A stretch of DNA of 64,000 nt from an uncultured Chlamydiae bacterium (GCA_963696295.1 CAVOJR010000001.1:2208001-2272000); one strand, 5' to 3'; positions 48,719 to 58,144 are shown, numbered from the stretch's first letter. The notes: generated from the letters alone by a model not told the origin. Made by a program: numbers and translations.

Positions 48719-50854
48719 GTGTCTAGTCGACTGGTTAACGACAACGAACTCAAATTTGCGAAAGAGCAAAGCTTTTTTGAAAAAAGCCTCTTTATCCGTT
48801 TTCTGATAGGCTTTTTCTTTACCCTCTGCCTCTTTGCCTTCCTGCACTTCCGCGAGGTGCGGGTCGAGGTGCTCGAACTGAACCGCACGGCCCCAAATTT
48901 TGTCGTGGCGCAAATCGATTTTGATTACTTTGATGAAAAAGCGACGATCATCTTAAAGCAGGAAGCGATCAGAGATCTCGGAAAGATTTATCAGATTTCC
49001 GAAAAGGAAGTGCGCAATCAGCGGATCGAGTATGAAAATTTCCTGGTCTATAACTCCTCCTGGCGCAATGAAAATGAGGATTCCACCTTTGAAAAAATGT
49101 ATAAAGGGGGAGAAGCGGTAGAAAAAATTTTACTGCAGCTGCGCTTCACCGATCCCCGCACCTATCAAAAAATTGAGGAGGTGAAGTCCCCGACCGCTAA
49201 CTACCTTATCTACACTCCCGCTAATCTTTTAGAGCCGGATACGCTGCCTAAGCCCATTTGGAATTACGTTAAAGAGAAGGCGATAAAGGAGAAGGGGACT
49301 AGTGAAAAAGGGGTCGATTTCGCTGTCCGCTTTTTTGAAAACAAGGGGTGGTTGATCGAACCCGACCTCTCCTCCGAGAAATTTTTACGCAAAAAGATTC
49401 AAAACAGCATCCCCGATAAATACAGCCATGTTAAGGCCGGCAGCCGGTTGATCGACCAGGGGGAAAAGATCACATCCCAGCATATCGTCATGCTGCAGGC
49501 GATGAAGGTGGCGCTCGGCAAGCAGCGCAATTTATGGCACCCTCTGACGCTGCTCGGCACGCTGATCATCACCTTGCTCGGCGTCGGCGTCTGCGTGGCC
49601 TATTTCCGCAGCACGCAGCCCCAGCTTTTAAAGTCTAACCGCAAGCTGTTTCTGATCGCGACGATTGCGATTCTCACTTTAGGCCTGGCAAAGGCCACCG
49701 AGCTCTTTCTCCTCTACTCCAAGACCAATTGGATCGAGGTGGTGCGCTATCCGATTTTTGTTCCCTTTGCCGCCATTTTGCTCTGCAGCCTGATCAACGC
49801 GACAACGGCGGCATTCGCGAGCGGCTTCCTCGCTGTGGTATTGACGATGACGCTCGCTTTTGACCGGCAGGAATTTCTGGTGCTGAATATGGTGGCCGCC
49901 TTAGTGGCCATCCTGTGCGCCCGCAGTTTGAAAAAACGGAAAGAAGTGTTTGTGGTCTGCTTCAAAGCCTGGCTCGCCAGTGTGGCGGTTCTCATCTCAT
50001 TTCAGCTCTCCCAGGACAAAATCTGGGAATTTGGAATGTTATCAGACCTTTTTAGCTCCATCATATTTATGCTGCTTACGGCGATTTTGGTTGTTGGCCT
50101 GCTTCCTTTGCTGGAGTCCACTTTCCGCATCATGACCGACGCGACTTTGATGGAGTATATGGATCCTAACAATGAGCTGTTAAGGCGCCTTTCCATTGAA
50201 GCTCCGGGAACCTATCAACACTCAGTCATCGTCGGCAATCTGGCCGAGTCGGCGGCCCTGGCCATCGGCGCAAACGGTTTATTTTGCCGCGTCTCGACTC
50301 TTTATCACGATATCGGCAAGATGGCGACGCCCCAATATTTCACCGAGAATCAGCATGGCAGCATGAATATCCATCAGCTTTTGACTCCGCAAGAATCGAC
50401 GCAGGTGATTATGGCCCATGTGAGCGAGGGGGTGGCCATGGCGCGCAAAAGCGGCCTGCCGGAACAATTTATCGACATCATCAAAGAGCATCACGGCACG
50501 ACGCGGGTCTACTATTTTTACCACAAGCAGCTGGAAAAAATGGGCAATGACAAAAGTTTGATCAACGAAAACGAATTTCGCTACTCGGGGCCAAAGCCGC
50601 GCAGCAAAGAGTCTACCATAATCATGATCGCAGATTCGCTGGAAGCCGCTTCGCGGTCCCTGGATAAATTCGATGAGAAATCAGTGGAGGAGCTGGCCGG
50701 CCGCTTAATCCGCGACAAAGCCGAAGACGGGCAATTTGATCACAGCCTGTTAACCTTGGAGGAGTTGGCCAAGGTGAAAGAGACGCTGATCAAAACGATT
50801 GTGGCTTACGGCCATTCCAGAGTCAAATACCCTGCGAAGGAATCCTATGTTTAA
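48719..50854 (+). CDS. 7TM HDIG phosphohydrolase (PgpH-like c-di-AMP phosphodiesterase)
   Basis: Extracytoplasmic domain, TM bundle, APGTYQHS, YHDIGK, EHHGT, FRYSGPKP.SKE, ADSLEAA. Confidence 0.85.
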   Translation: MSSRLVNDNELKFAKEQSFFEKSLFIRFLIGFFFTLCLFAFLHFREVRVEVLELNRTAPNFVVAQIDFDYFDEKATIILKQEAIRDLGKIYQISEKEVRNQRIEYENFLVYNSSWRNENEDSTFEKMYKGGEAVEKILLQLRFTDPRTYQKIEEVKSPTANYLIYTPANLLEPDTLPKPIWNYVKEKAIKEKGTSEKGVDFAVRFFENKGWLIEPDLSSEKFLRKKIQNSIPDKYSHVKAGSRLIDQGEKITSQHIVMLQAMKVALGKQRNLWHPLTLLGTLIITLLGVGVCVAYFRSTQPQLLKSNRKLFLIATIAILTLGLAKATELFLLYSKTNWIEVVRYPIFVPFAAILLCSLINATTAAFASGFLAVVLTMTLAFDRQEFLVLNMVAALVAILCARSLKKRKEVFVVCFKAWLASVAVLISFQLSQDKIWEFGMLSDLFSSIIFMLLTAILVVGLLPLLESTFRIMTDATLMEYMDPNNELLRRLSIEAPGTYQHSVIVGNLAESAALAIGANGLFCRVSTLYHDIGKMATPQYFTENQHGSMNIHQLLTPQESTQVIMAHVSEGVAMARKSGLPEQFIDIIKEHHGTTRVYYFYHKQLEKMGNDKSLINENEFRYSGPKPRSKESTIIMIADSLEAASRSLDKFDEKSVEELAGRLIRDKAEDGQFDHSLLTLEELAKVKETLIKTIVAYGHSRVKYPAKESYV

Positions 50855-51605
50855 TTACGCCCTGGTTACCGGAGCGACTTCCGGGATTGGCGAGGCGCTC
50901 TGCCATTTGCTAGCGGAAAAAAAGATCAGCCTGATCATCACCGGCCGCGATGAGGAAAAACTGCAGGCGCTCTCTGAGGCTTTACCAGTGCCAGTGAAGG
51001 CCATTAAAGCCGATTTGACCGCGGATCGCGAAAAAGTGGTCGGGGCGATCAGAGAATATGCCCCTGAGCTGATCATCAATAATGCCGGCGCGGGCCTCTA
51101 CGGAGAGATTTTCAGCCACTCCACCGAGGCGCAGATGGCATTGATGAGTCTGAATTGCGATGCGCTTTTGCAATTGACCTTGGAGGGGGCAAAAACGCTC
51201 CGGGCAAGCGGGAAGCGGGGGGTGATCCTCAATGTTTCTTCTGCGGCTGCCATGCTGCCCTTTCCCTGCTTTTCGATCTATAGCGCGACAAAAGCTTTTG
51301 TGAATCAATTGTCGATCTCTTTAGACGCCGAACTAAATGGCTATGGGATACGAGTTCTGGCCGCCTGCCCCGGCATGGTGCGCACGCACTTTCGTGAGAG
51401 GGCTGCCGGTAAGGCGGGATCCAGCCATTCCCAATCGATGGATGCGAGAGAAGCCGCGGAGCATATCTGGTGGCAGATTAACGCGGGCAAGCCGCTCTAT
51501 GTGTTCAACTGGAAGTATCGCCTATCGATTCTCTTTGCCAAATACCTTGTTCCTAAGTCTATGTTAATGAAGATATTAAGAAGAAGCGTCGAGGGGATTC
51601 GCTAA
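50847..51605 (+). CDS. SDR family oxidoreductase
   Basis: TGATSGIG, NNAG, YSATK. Confidence 0.9.
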   Translation: MFNYALVTGATSGIGEALCHLLAEKKISLIITGRDEEKLQALSEALPVPVKAIKADLTADREKVVGAIREYAPELIINNAGAGLYGEIFSHSTEAQMALMSLNCDALLQLTLEGAKTLRASGKRGVILNVSSAAAMLPFPCFSIYSATKAFVNQLSISLDAELNGYGIRVLAACPGMVRTHFRERAAGKAGSSHSQSMDAREAAEHIWWQINAGKPLYVFNWKYRLSILFAKYLVPKSMLMKILRRSVEGIR

Positions 51606-51666
51606 CCGCTAGTTCATATGATGCATAGTTTTACCAAACCTTTTTCTCTTGAGCAAGCTTTTGCGA

Positions 51667-53382
51667 TCATGCAACAGCGCCGTTGAGGGCCTCAATATAG
51701 CGGCGGGCCAGCCGGCGGCATTCGGCAAGCGTCGCTGTTTTCGAATGCACGCCGCAGTAAATCTTGATTTTGGGCTCGGTGCCTGAGGGGCGCACCATCA
51801 GCTTGGTCCCATCTTCCAGCCAAAAAATTAAGACGTTGGACTTGGGAAGGTGGAGCGCTTCAGTCGTGCCCTTTTCGATGCGGATCGAGCGGCGGTAATC
51901 TTCTGTCGCGGCGATCCGGCAATTCAAAAGATGGCTGGGAGGGGAGTTTTGCAGCTTTTCCATGACCGCGGCCATCTGCTCCCTTCCCTCTTTGGTCTCG
52001 GGAAAGTGGAGGGCATAAAGCTCATCGGCGTAGTTTCCATATTTTGCGTAGAGGTTATTGAGTTTGTCTATCAGCGTTTTTCCTTCCCGTTTGGCGTGCA
52101 GGGCGGCTTCGGCGATCAGAGCGCAGGAGATGATGGCGTCTTTGTCGCGCGTATAGGTGCCGCGCATATAGCCGTAGGATTCTTCCGCGCCGAAAATAAA
52201 CTGGTAGCTCGATGCGAGCTCCCAGGCGTGGATTTTTTCGGCGATGTATTTGAAGCCGGTGAGGACGTTGAAGCAGGGGATTTGGTGGGCGTCGGCGATG
52301 GCCTGAAAGAGCTCTGTGGTGACGATCGTTTTGATGCAGGCTCCATTTTTCGGGAGGTGTAAGCCGCTTAAAACATGCTCGAGGAGCAGGCAGGCGACCT
52401 GGTTGCCGTTCAACCGGATGGTTTGCCCTGCATGCTTGACTATGACCCCTACCCGGTCGGCATCGGGATCGGTGGCGAGCAGCAGATCGCTCTCATTTTC
52501 CCGCATGGTTTTGAGGCCCAATTCCAGCGCCGCATCTTCTTCCGGATTGGGAGCGGCAACGGTGGGAAAATCGCCGTCGGGAGCGATCTGCTCATTGACG
52601 AGGTGCAAGTTGGGAAATCCCCATTTGGCAAAGGCTTTTGGGATTAAAGTGATCCCTGTTCCGTGCAAACTGGTGTAGGTGATTTTGAGCAGACTGCCGA
52701 ATTTCTGGTTTTCCCCGGGAAAGTTTTGCAGCGCGCTGACAGCGGCGAGATACGCCTCATCAACCTCGGCATATTCGATGAGGGGGTGGCAGAGAGAATC
52801 GCACATTTTAACCTGGGAGGCATCGCTAATTTTTTCCACTTCAGCGATAATCCCGGCATCGTGAGGGGGGATCACCTGGCCGCCATCGCTCCAATAGACT
52901 TTGTAGCCATTATAGGCCGCCGGATTGTGGGAGGCGGTGATCGCGATGGCCGCCTGGCACTTTTTGAAGCGGCAGGCAAAGGAGATATAAGGCACGGGGC
53001 GCATTTGCGGGCAGAGGAAAACGGGGATTTGATGTGCTGCCAGCACTTTGGCGGCCACTTCGGCAAACTCTTGCGAGTGGTGTCTTGAGTCGTAGCCGAT
53101 GAAGACGCCGCTTTTATCCTGTTCCGGGTGGGCCAGGATATATCGAGCCAGCCCTGCGGTGGCTGAGCGGATGGTATAAGCATTGATGCGGTTGGAGCCG
53201 ACCCCCATCAGGCCTCTTAAGCCCCCGGTGCCAAAAGAAAGAGTGGAGTAGAAGGCGTCGGCGGCCTCGCTTGGATGATCGCGTATCAGGTCGCGGATCG
53301 TTTGCTTGGTTTCTTCGTCATAATGCCCATTCAGCCAAAGATCGAGGTTTTTTTGCGTGGCGGCGTCGAATTTGGTAATCAT
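51667..53382 (-). CDS. Phosphoglucomutase/phosphomannomutase
   Basis: FGTGGLRG, TASHNP, DPDADR, GAEES.G, RPSGTEPKIK. Confidence 0.93.
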   Translation of the reverse strand: MITKFDAATQKNLDLWLNGHYDEETKQTIRDLIRDHPSEAADAFYSTLSFGTGGLRGLMGVGSNRINAYTIRSATAGLARYILAHPEQDKSGVFIGYDSRHHSQEFAEVAAKVLAAHQIPVFLCPQMRPVPYISFACRFKKCQAAIAITASHNPAAYNGYKVYWSDGGQVIPPHDAGIIAEVEKISDASQVKMCDSLCHPLIEYAEVDEAYLAAVSALQNFPGENQKFGSLLKITYTSLHGTGITLIPKAFAKWGFPNLHLVNEQIAPDGDFPTVAAPNPEEDAALELGLKTMRENESDLLLATDPDADRVGVIVKHAGQTIRLNGNQVACLLLEHVLSGLHLPKNGACIKTIVTTELFQAIADAHQIPCFNVLTGFKYIAEKIHAWELASSYQFIFGAEESYGYMRGTYTRDKDAIISCALIAEAALHAKREGKTLIDKLNNLYAKYGNYADELYALHFPETKEGREQMAAVMEKLQNSPPSHLLNCRIAATEDYRRSIRIEKGTTEALHLPKSNVLIFWLEDGTKLMVRPSGTEPKIKIYCGVHSKTATLAECRRLARRYIEALNGAVA

Positions 53383-53518
53383 AAGGTAGGATCATCAGCA
53401 ACACCATTTATTTTATCAAGATCTTTTTACGGGGTCTCCAATACAAAATGGAAAACAGAAAATTGGCAATGGGTAAGAGGTGGTCATTTGAGGAACTTTA
53501 AACATTTCTTGAACCGAT

Positions 53519-53923
53519 TTACTTCAAACTATTTTCAGTTTTTGAATCCAGGGCACTCTTCATAATGAGGTAGATCGGCAGAAAGGAAAGGAGGGTGGGG
53601 ATGGGAGAGGATAAAAGTTTTGTTTGATAAATTGAAACCATGATAATAGAGCGCGTCGAATGAGCCACATAAGTTGGGAAAAATCCATACTTTTCTCGAG
53701 AGATACCAAATCCTACTCCCATGGAAAAGCTCTGTAAAAGAACAAAAATTTTCATTTCCGGCAGTGAACTTTGGGTAATCCCATAAGAAAACAAAGCAGC
53801 CGTACAGAAAATTCTAATGACTTTGCCAGTTGTTTCATTCATGGATCCTGTGAACTGGGAAAAGGCTTTTCTTTGAATAAGTTCTCTATATAATCCCTCT
53901 ACTATAAAAGGGCTAGATAGTGG
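53519..53923 (-). pseudogene. Degenerate CPBP (CAAX protease)-like membrane gene remnant
   Basis: Frame is open upstream of ATG 53842 (SPFIVEGLYRELIQ, a decayed EE..FR motif) and later reads GVGFG...AHS; no clear upstream start. Confidence 0.35.
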
Positions 53924-54110
53924 TCAATTGGGGAGTTTTGAACGATTCATGAAGAATTTTTGATGCCTGGCAGTAACCTAATTTTTGGGCCGTGAATAGA
54001 ACGAGAGCTTCCAGCGTAACTGTTCCCAGGCAGACAAAGACACTTTTAGTTGCCTGCTGGCATTTGTCAGAGGATGCGCGCCATTGATTAAAATTTGCAT
54101 AAAGCCTCGT

Positions 54111-54536
54111 TTATTTTACTGTGTCTTTACTCTCTGCCAGCTGCTCCTGGATGATTTTGAGCGGCACCACAGGGGCGCTGTCATTAATCCCTTCGCAAAA
54201 GGTTTTAGCTTCCTCCCACTCCTTTTCGGTTTTGAGATTCTGCTGCCACCAGGGGTAGGTGCGGCACTGGACCGGTCGCACCGGGTAGATCGAGCATTTT
54301 TTGCCCTCTAAAAAGACGCAGTCGTAGTTCTTCGGGCCTTCCAGGAGGGCGAAGCGGTTGTTCACCTGCCGCAAATAGCGCTTCCGGAATTGTTTCAAAT
54401 TCATTTTGAGGTAGATCGCTATGGCTTTGATCTCCTCTTCCGTAACCCAGGCGTAGCCGGGGAAACCGGTGCAGCACTTGCCGCAGCCTGTGCATTTGAA
54501 TTTGAGACCCTCTTTATACCAGGGCAGTTCGCTCAT
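54111..54536 (-). CDS. YkgJ family cysteine-cluster protein
   Basis: CTGCGKCC, CVFL...CSIYPVRPVQCRTYP, CEG. Confidence 0.88.
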   Translation of the reverse strand: MSELPWYKEGLKFKCTGCGKCCTGFPGYAWVTEEEIKAIAIYLKMNLKQFRKRYLRQVNNRFALLEGPKNYDCVFLEGKKCSIYPVRPVQCRTYPWWQQNLKTEKEWEEAKTFCEGINDSAPVVPLKIIQEQLAESKDTVK

Positions 54537-54649
54537 TCCCGGTCCTTGAGGATCTGGCGGATTCCGGCCACGACAAACAGGATGAGGAAAATGGCGCAGA
54601 TAATGCCGACAACTGCGGCTTCCACGTACAAACTTCCGAGAAATAACAT
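54533..54649 (-). CDS. Unannotated 38-aa single-TM small protein
   Basis: MLFLGSLYVEAAVVGIICAIFLILFVVAGIRQILKDRE*; GGAG 8 nt before ATG; TGA overlaps the YkgJ ATG (ATGA). Confidence 0.6.
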   Translation of the reverse strand: MLFLGSLYVEAAVVGIICAIFLILFVVAGIRQILKDRE

Positions 54650-54695
54650 GATGAGCGCTCCAAAAAAGAGCCTATTTTAAAGCAATACATTCCCG

Positions 54696-54724
54696 TTGTC
54701 AACAAACAACTCTTCTGCTAGAGT
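54696..54724 (+). promoter_or_regulatory. sigma66/70-type promoter upstream of the NSS transporter
   Basis: TTGTCA-N17-TAGAGT with TG extension. Confidence 0.55.
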
Positions 54725-54740
54725 GCTGGTGATTAATTTA

Positions 54741-54861
54741 ATTCTGCTTTGTGCAATTTTTGAACGAAGATTCCGAGATGAGGCAAACTCCAGCGTAATG
54801 AATTTTGAAGGATCGGGTATTCATACCCATCCTGAGAAATTCATATTGCACAAAGCCGAGT
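54741..54861 (+). promoter_or_regulatory. Highly structured 5' leader (candidate cis-regulatory RNA)
   Basis: Perfect 12-bp stem 54746-54757/54845-54856 enclosing nested stems ATGAATTT/AAATTCAT, AGGAT/ATCCT and GGGTA/TACCC. Confidence 0.5.
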
Positions 54862-54873
54862 GTAAAACATTTT

Positions 54874-56262
54874 ATGGCAAAGCAAAGAGAACATTGGAGC
54901 ACCCACCTTGGGTTTATGCTGGCCGCCGCCGGTTCGGCGATCGGTCTTGGCACCCTATGGAAATTCCCCTATGTGATCGGTCAAAATGGGGGCGGCCTTT
55001 TTGTCATCTGCTTCGTTTTCTTTATTTTTGTGATCGGCATTCCGATATTTATCGCCGAACTGCTTCTAGGCCGGAAAGCGCAAAGGGGGGCCGTCGGCAT
55101 CTTCGCTTCCCTGTCAAACGATTCGACTGTCTGGAAATCGGCCGGCTGGCTGGGGGTAGCCTCTTCCTTTTTGATCATGTCCTTTTACAGCGTGGTAGCC
55201 GGCTGGAGCATGAACTATGTGCTGATGTCTCTCAATCAGTCCTATGAAAACTTATCCTCTATCCAGGTCGCCCATATTTTCGATATTTTAGTCTCTTCGG
55301 GCGATATCACCCTTTTTTGGCATTTCCTCTTTACGGCCCTTACCATTGCCGTGGTTTATGGGGGGGTACGGCAGGGGATCGAGTATTGGACCAAGTTTAT
55401 GACATCGGCGCTCTTCCTGATGCTCGTGCTTTTATGCATCTATAGCTCCACCTTGGAAGGATTTAAGGATGCCGTGCATTTTATGCTCTCTCCCGAGTAT
55501 AAAGAATTTAATTTCTCCTCGATTTTAGAAGCGCTCGGCCTCTCGTTTTTTACTTTAAGCCTAGGCCAGGGGATCATGCTTACCTACGGCAGCTATATGC
55601 GGGAGGATGAGGATATTCCGGGAACAGCCGTTATCATCGCCCTGATGATCATTCTGACCGCTATTTTGGCCGGCCTGACGATTTTCTCGGTGGTTTTTAC
55701 GTTCGGCTTCTCCCCTCAGGAAGGGTATGGGTTGATTTTTAAAACCCTCCCCCTGCTCTTTGCGCGTCTGCCCGGCTCTTTGCTGATATCAACGACATTT
55801 TTTATTCTGCTGGTCTTCACCGCGCTGACTTCTTCGGTGGCTTTGGTGGAGGTCGTGGTGGCCAACTTCATGGATCTGCTCAACTGGTCGCGCCGCAAAG
55901 CGACTTTGATTACAGGCGCCGCCTGTTTTATTGTCGGGATACCGAGCGCCCTGTCCGGCACAGGCACTTTGTTTGCCAATTGGCAGGCGATCTACGGGAA
56001 AACATTTTTTGAAACGATTAATGAGCTTGTGTCTGTGTGGTTTTTGCCGATCGACGGCTTGATGATTGCGCTTTTTGTCGGCTGGTTTTTTGATAAAGAG
56101 ATAAGCCGTGAAGAGTTAAGGACCGGGACGACCTGGAAGTGGGTATGGCGCCCCTGGATATTTTTCATCCGCTGGATTGCTCCGATCGGCATTGTCTTAG
56201 TCTTGTTGCAAAAAGCCAAATTCATCGATTTCGATGCCTGGATTCATTGGCTAAATTCTTGA
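54874..56262 (+). CDS. Sodium-dependent transporter (NSS/SNF family)
   Basis: AGSAIGLG.LWKFPY...NGGG.F, FFTLSLG.G, ALTS. Confidence 0.92.
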   Translation: MAKQREHWSTHLGFMLAAAGSAIGLGTLWKFPYVIGQNGGGLFVICFVFFIFVIGIPIFIAELLLGRKAQRGAVGIFASLSNDSTVWKSAGWLGVASSFLIMSFYSVVAGWSMNYVLMSLNQSYENLSSIQVAHIFDILVSSGDITLFWHFLFTALTIAVVYGGVRQGIEYWTKFMTSALFLMLVLLCIYSSTLEGFKDAVHFMLSPEYKEFNFSSILEALGLSFFTLSLGQGIMLTYGSYMREDEDIPGTAVIIALMIILTAILAGLTIFSVVFTFGFSPQEGYGLIFKTLPLLFARLPGSLLISTTFFILLVFTALTSSVALVEVVVANFMDLLNWSRRKATLITGAACFIVGIPSALSGTGTLFANWQAIYGKTFFETINELVSVWFLPIDGLMIALFVGWFFDKEISREELRTGTTWKWVWRPWIFFIRWIAPIGIVLVLLQKAKFIDFDAWIHWLNS

Positions 56263-56981
56263 CTAATAGCAATTCTTGAGATTTCAAATTGGCCGTTGAC
56301 CTCTTCTACGGCGAATACTTCGGCCAGCAGATCTTTGGAAAGGACTTCTCGCGTCGGGCCATGGGCGATGCAGACGCCCTGGTTTAAAATGGCGGCGTCG
56401 TCGCAAAAGCGCTTCACGCCGGCGACATCATGGGTAGCCACAATCACGATTTTTCCTTGGGCGGCGAGCGCCTGAAGCAGCTGCCAGATCTCGATCTGGT
56501 GCTTGATATCGAGGTTGGAGGCGGGTTCGTCCAGCAGCAGGATGGGGGATTCGGTCATGAGGGCCCTCGCAATGTAAATGCGCTGCCGCTCTCCGATCGA
56601 GAGATGGGTGATCCGTCTGTCTGCCAGATGCCACGCATCGACCGTTTTGAGGGAGTGTTCTAAAAGAGCAGCGTTCGAGCTCTCCTGGGCGTAGCGCCCC
56701 ATCTCAACCACCTCGCGCACGGTAAAATCAAAATGGATCTGCACTTCTTGCGGCACAAGCGAAAGGGTGCGGCTGATTTGCCGCCGCTCCATTTTGTGCA
56801 AAGCTTCCCCTTGCCAATAGACTTGGCCTGAGGTGGGGCGCCAAATTTTGGCCATGGCTTTGAAGAAGGTCGATTTGCCGGAGCCGTTCGGGCCTAAAAT
56901 CCCGTATAGGCGTCCGGGAAAAAATTTTAAACTGATCCCTTTAATCAGGGTGTGGAATTCCAGCCGGTCGGTCTCTAGCAT
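56244..56981 (-). CDS. Iron-siderophore/B12-type ABC transporter ATP-binding protein
   Basis: GPNGSGKST, LSIGERQR, LLDEP...LDI.HQ, HD. Confidence 0.9.
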   Translation of the reverse strand: MLETDRLEFHTLIKGISLKFFPGRLYGILGPNGSGKSTFFKAMAKIWRPTSGQVYWQGEALHKMERRQISRTLSLVPQEVQIHFDFTVREVVEMGRYAQESSNAALLEHSLKTVDAWHLADRRITHLSIGERQRIYIARALMTESPILLLDEPASNLDIKHQIEIWQLLQALAAQGKIVIVATHDVAGVKRFCDDAAILNQGVCIAHGPTREVLSKDLLAEVFAVEEVNGQFEISRIAISQEFSQ

Positions 56982-57979
56982 GGGCTGAGCCCCTTTTTGC
57001 CCGTGCCAAAGAGGAGCATCACGAAGAAAAAAGCGCCTAAAATCGCCGACACATTGCCGATGGAAAACGCCTGAATTTCAAAAACGCGTAAAGAGATATC
57101 CAGGCAAGCCAAAGTTGTGCTGCCGGCAAGCAGGCATAAAGGGATCAGGCGCCTGGCGTTAGGTCCGGAGAGATAGCGCATGAGGTGGGGCAGCACCAGG
57201 CCGAAAAAGGCGATGATGCCGACCGCAGCGATGGCCCCGCCGGTGAGCAGGGCGATACAAAGAAACAGGCGCCAGCGCACTGTCCTCACATCCACGCCGA
57301 GGTTGGCTGCCTCCTCTTCCCCCAAAGCGAGGATGTCGATCTCTTTGGTGTAGAACCAGCAGCCGATCAGGCCGACGATGGTGAGGGGGAGCTGCATATG
57401 CACATGCTGCCAGTTGCGGTCGGTGGTCGAGCCGGCTTCCCACTCGGTCAGGGTTTGAATCAGCTGCCAGCGGTCCCGCAAAGAATAGGTAAGAGCGCCT
57501 TGCAGAGCCAGTATGAGGGAGGAAATGGCGATGCCGCTCAAAATGAGCATCTGCATCTGCATGCCCCCCTGAAGGCGGGAGATCGCGTAGACCAGCATGA
57601 GCGTGCAAAGGCAGCCGGAAAAGGCGGCGACCGGCACGGCGAAAGGGTAATGGATGTTCCAGCCGGATGCGAAGATCAAAACGACAAACAGGCTGCCGCC
57701 GCACGAGATCCCAAGGACGCTGGGAGAGGCGAGCGGATTTTGAAAGAGCGCCTGCATCACAGCTCCCGACACGGCGAGGGAGGCTCCGGTGCAGAGGATC
57801 ACGATCAGCCTCGGCACTCTTTCATCCAGCAAAGGATTCCATCCGGTGTGACCCAGCAAAAGACGCTGCTTGGCCCCTTCCCAGACGATTTCAAAGGGGG
57901 TTTCGCCGAATCTCAGCGTCAGCCATGAGGAGAGAAGGAGGAGGAGGAGGAAAAGGGCAAAGACAGAAAACTTTCTCAT
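56975..57979 (-). CDS. FecCD/BtuC family ABC permease
   Basis: RVPR, QALFQNPLASP..LG, LGEEEA..LGV, G.IAF.GL..PH. Confidence 0.92.
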   Translation of the reverse strand: MRKFSVFALFLLLLLLSSWLTLRFGETPFEIVWEGAKQRLLLGHTGWNPLLDERVPRLIVILCTGASLAVSGAVMQALFQNPLASPSVLGISCGGSLFVVLIFASGWNIHYPFAVPVAAFSGCLCTLMLVYAISRLQGGMQMQMLILSGIAISSLILALQGALTYSLRDRWQLIQTLTEWEAGSTTDRNWQHVHMQLPLTIVGLIGCWFYTKEIDILALGEEEAANLGVDVRTVRWRLFLCIALLTGGAIAAVGIIAFFGLVLPHLMRYLSGPNARRLIPLCLLAGSTTLACLDISLRVFEIQAFSIGNVSAILGAFFFVMLLFGTGKKGLSPC

Positions 57980-58144
57980 GGCTGGATCGAGCTCAACATT
58001 TGAGGTTGGTTATTGACTTTATAGTGATTCATGGCTGGATCGAGCTCAACATTTGAGGTTGGTTATTGACTTTATAGTGATTCATGGCTGGATCGAGCTC
58101 AACATTTGAGGTTTGGCGAGTTGCAGGTTATTGAGTTTATGGTG
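57976..58144. repeat. Tandem array, 2 x 53 bp (identical) plus the substrate-binding gene 3' end from which it derives
   Basis: TCATGGCTGGATCGAGCTCAACATTTGAGGTT at 57976, 58029 and 58082 (gene stop). Confidence 0.95.

Noticed and set aside
54705..54729. CIRCE-like element (ACTC...GAGTGCT)
   Set aside because: Spacer is 8 rather than 9 nt, the left arm is poor, and the gene is not a chaperone. No CIRCE was seen before dnaJ or groEL either.
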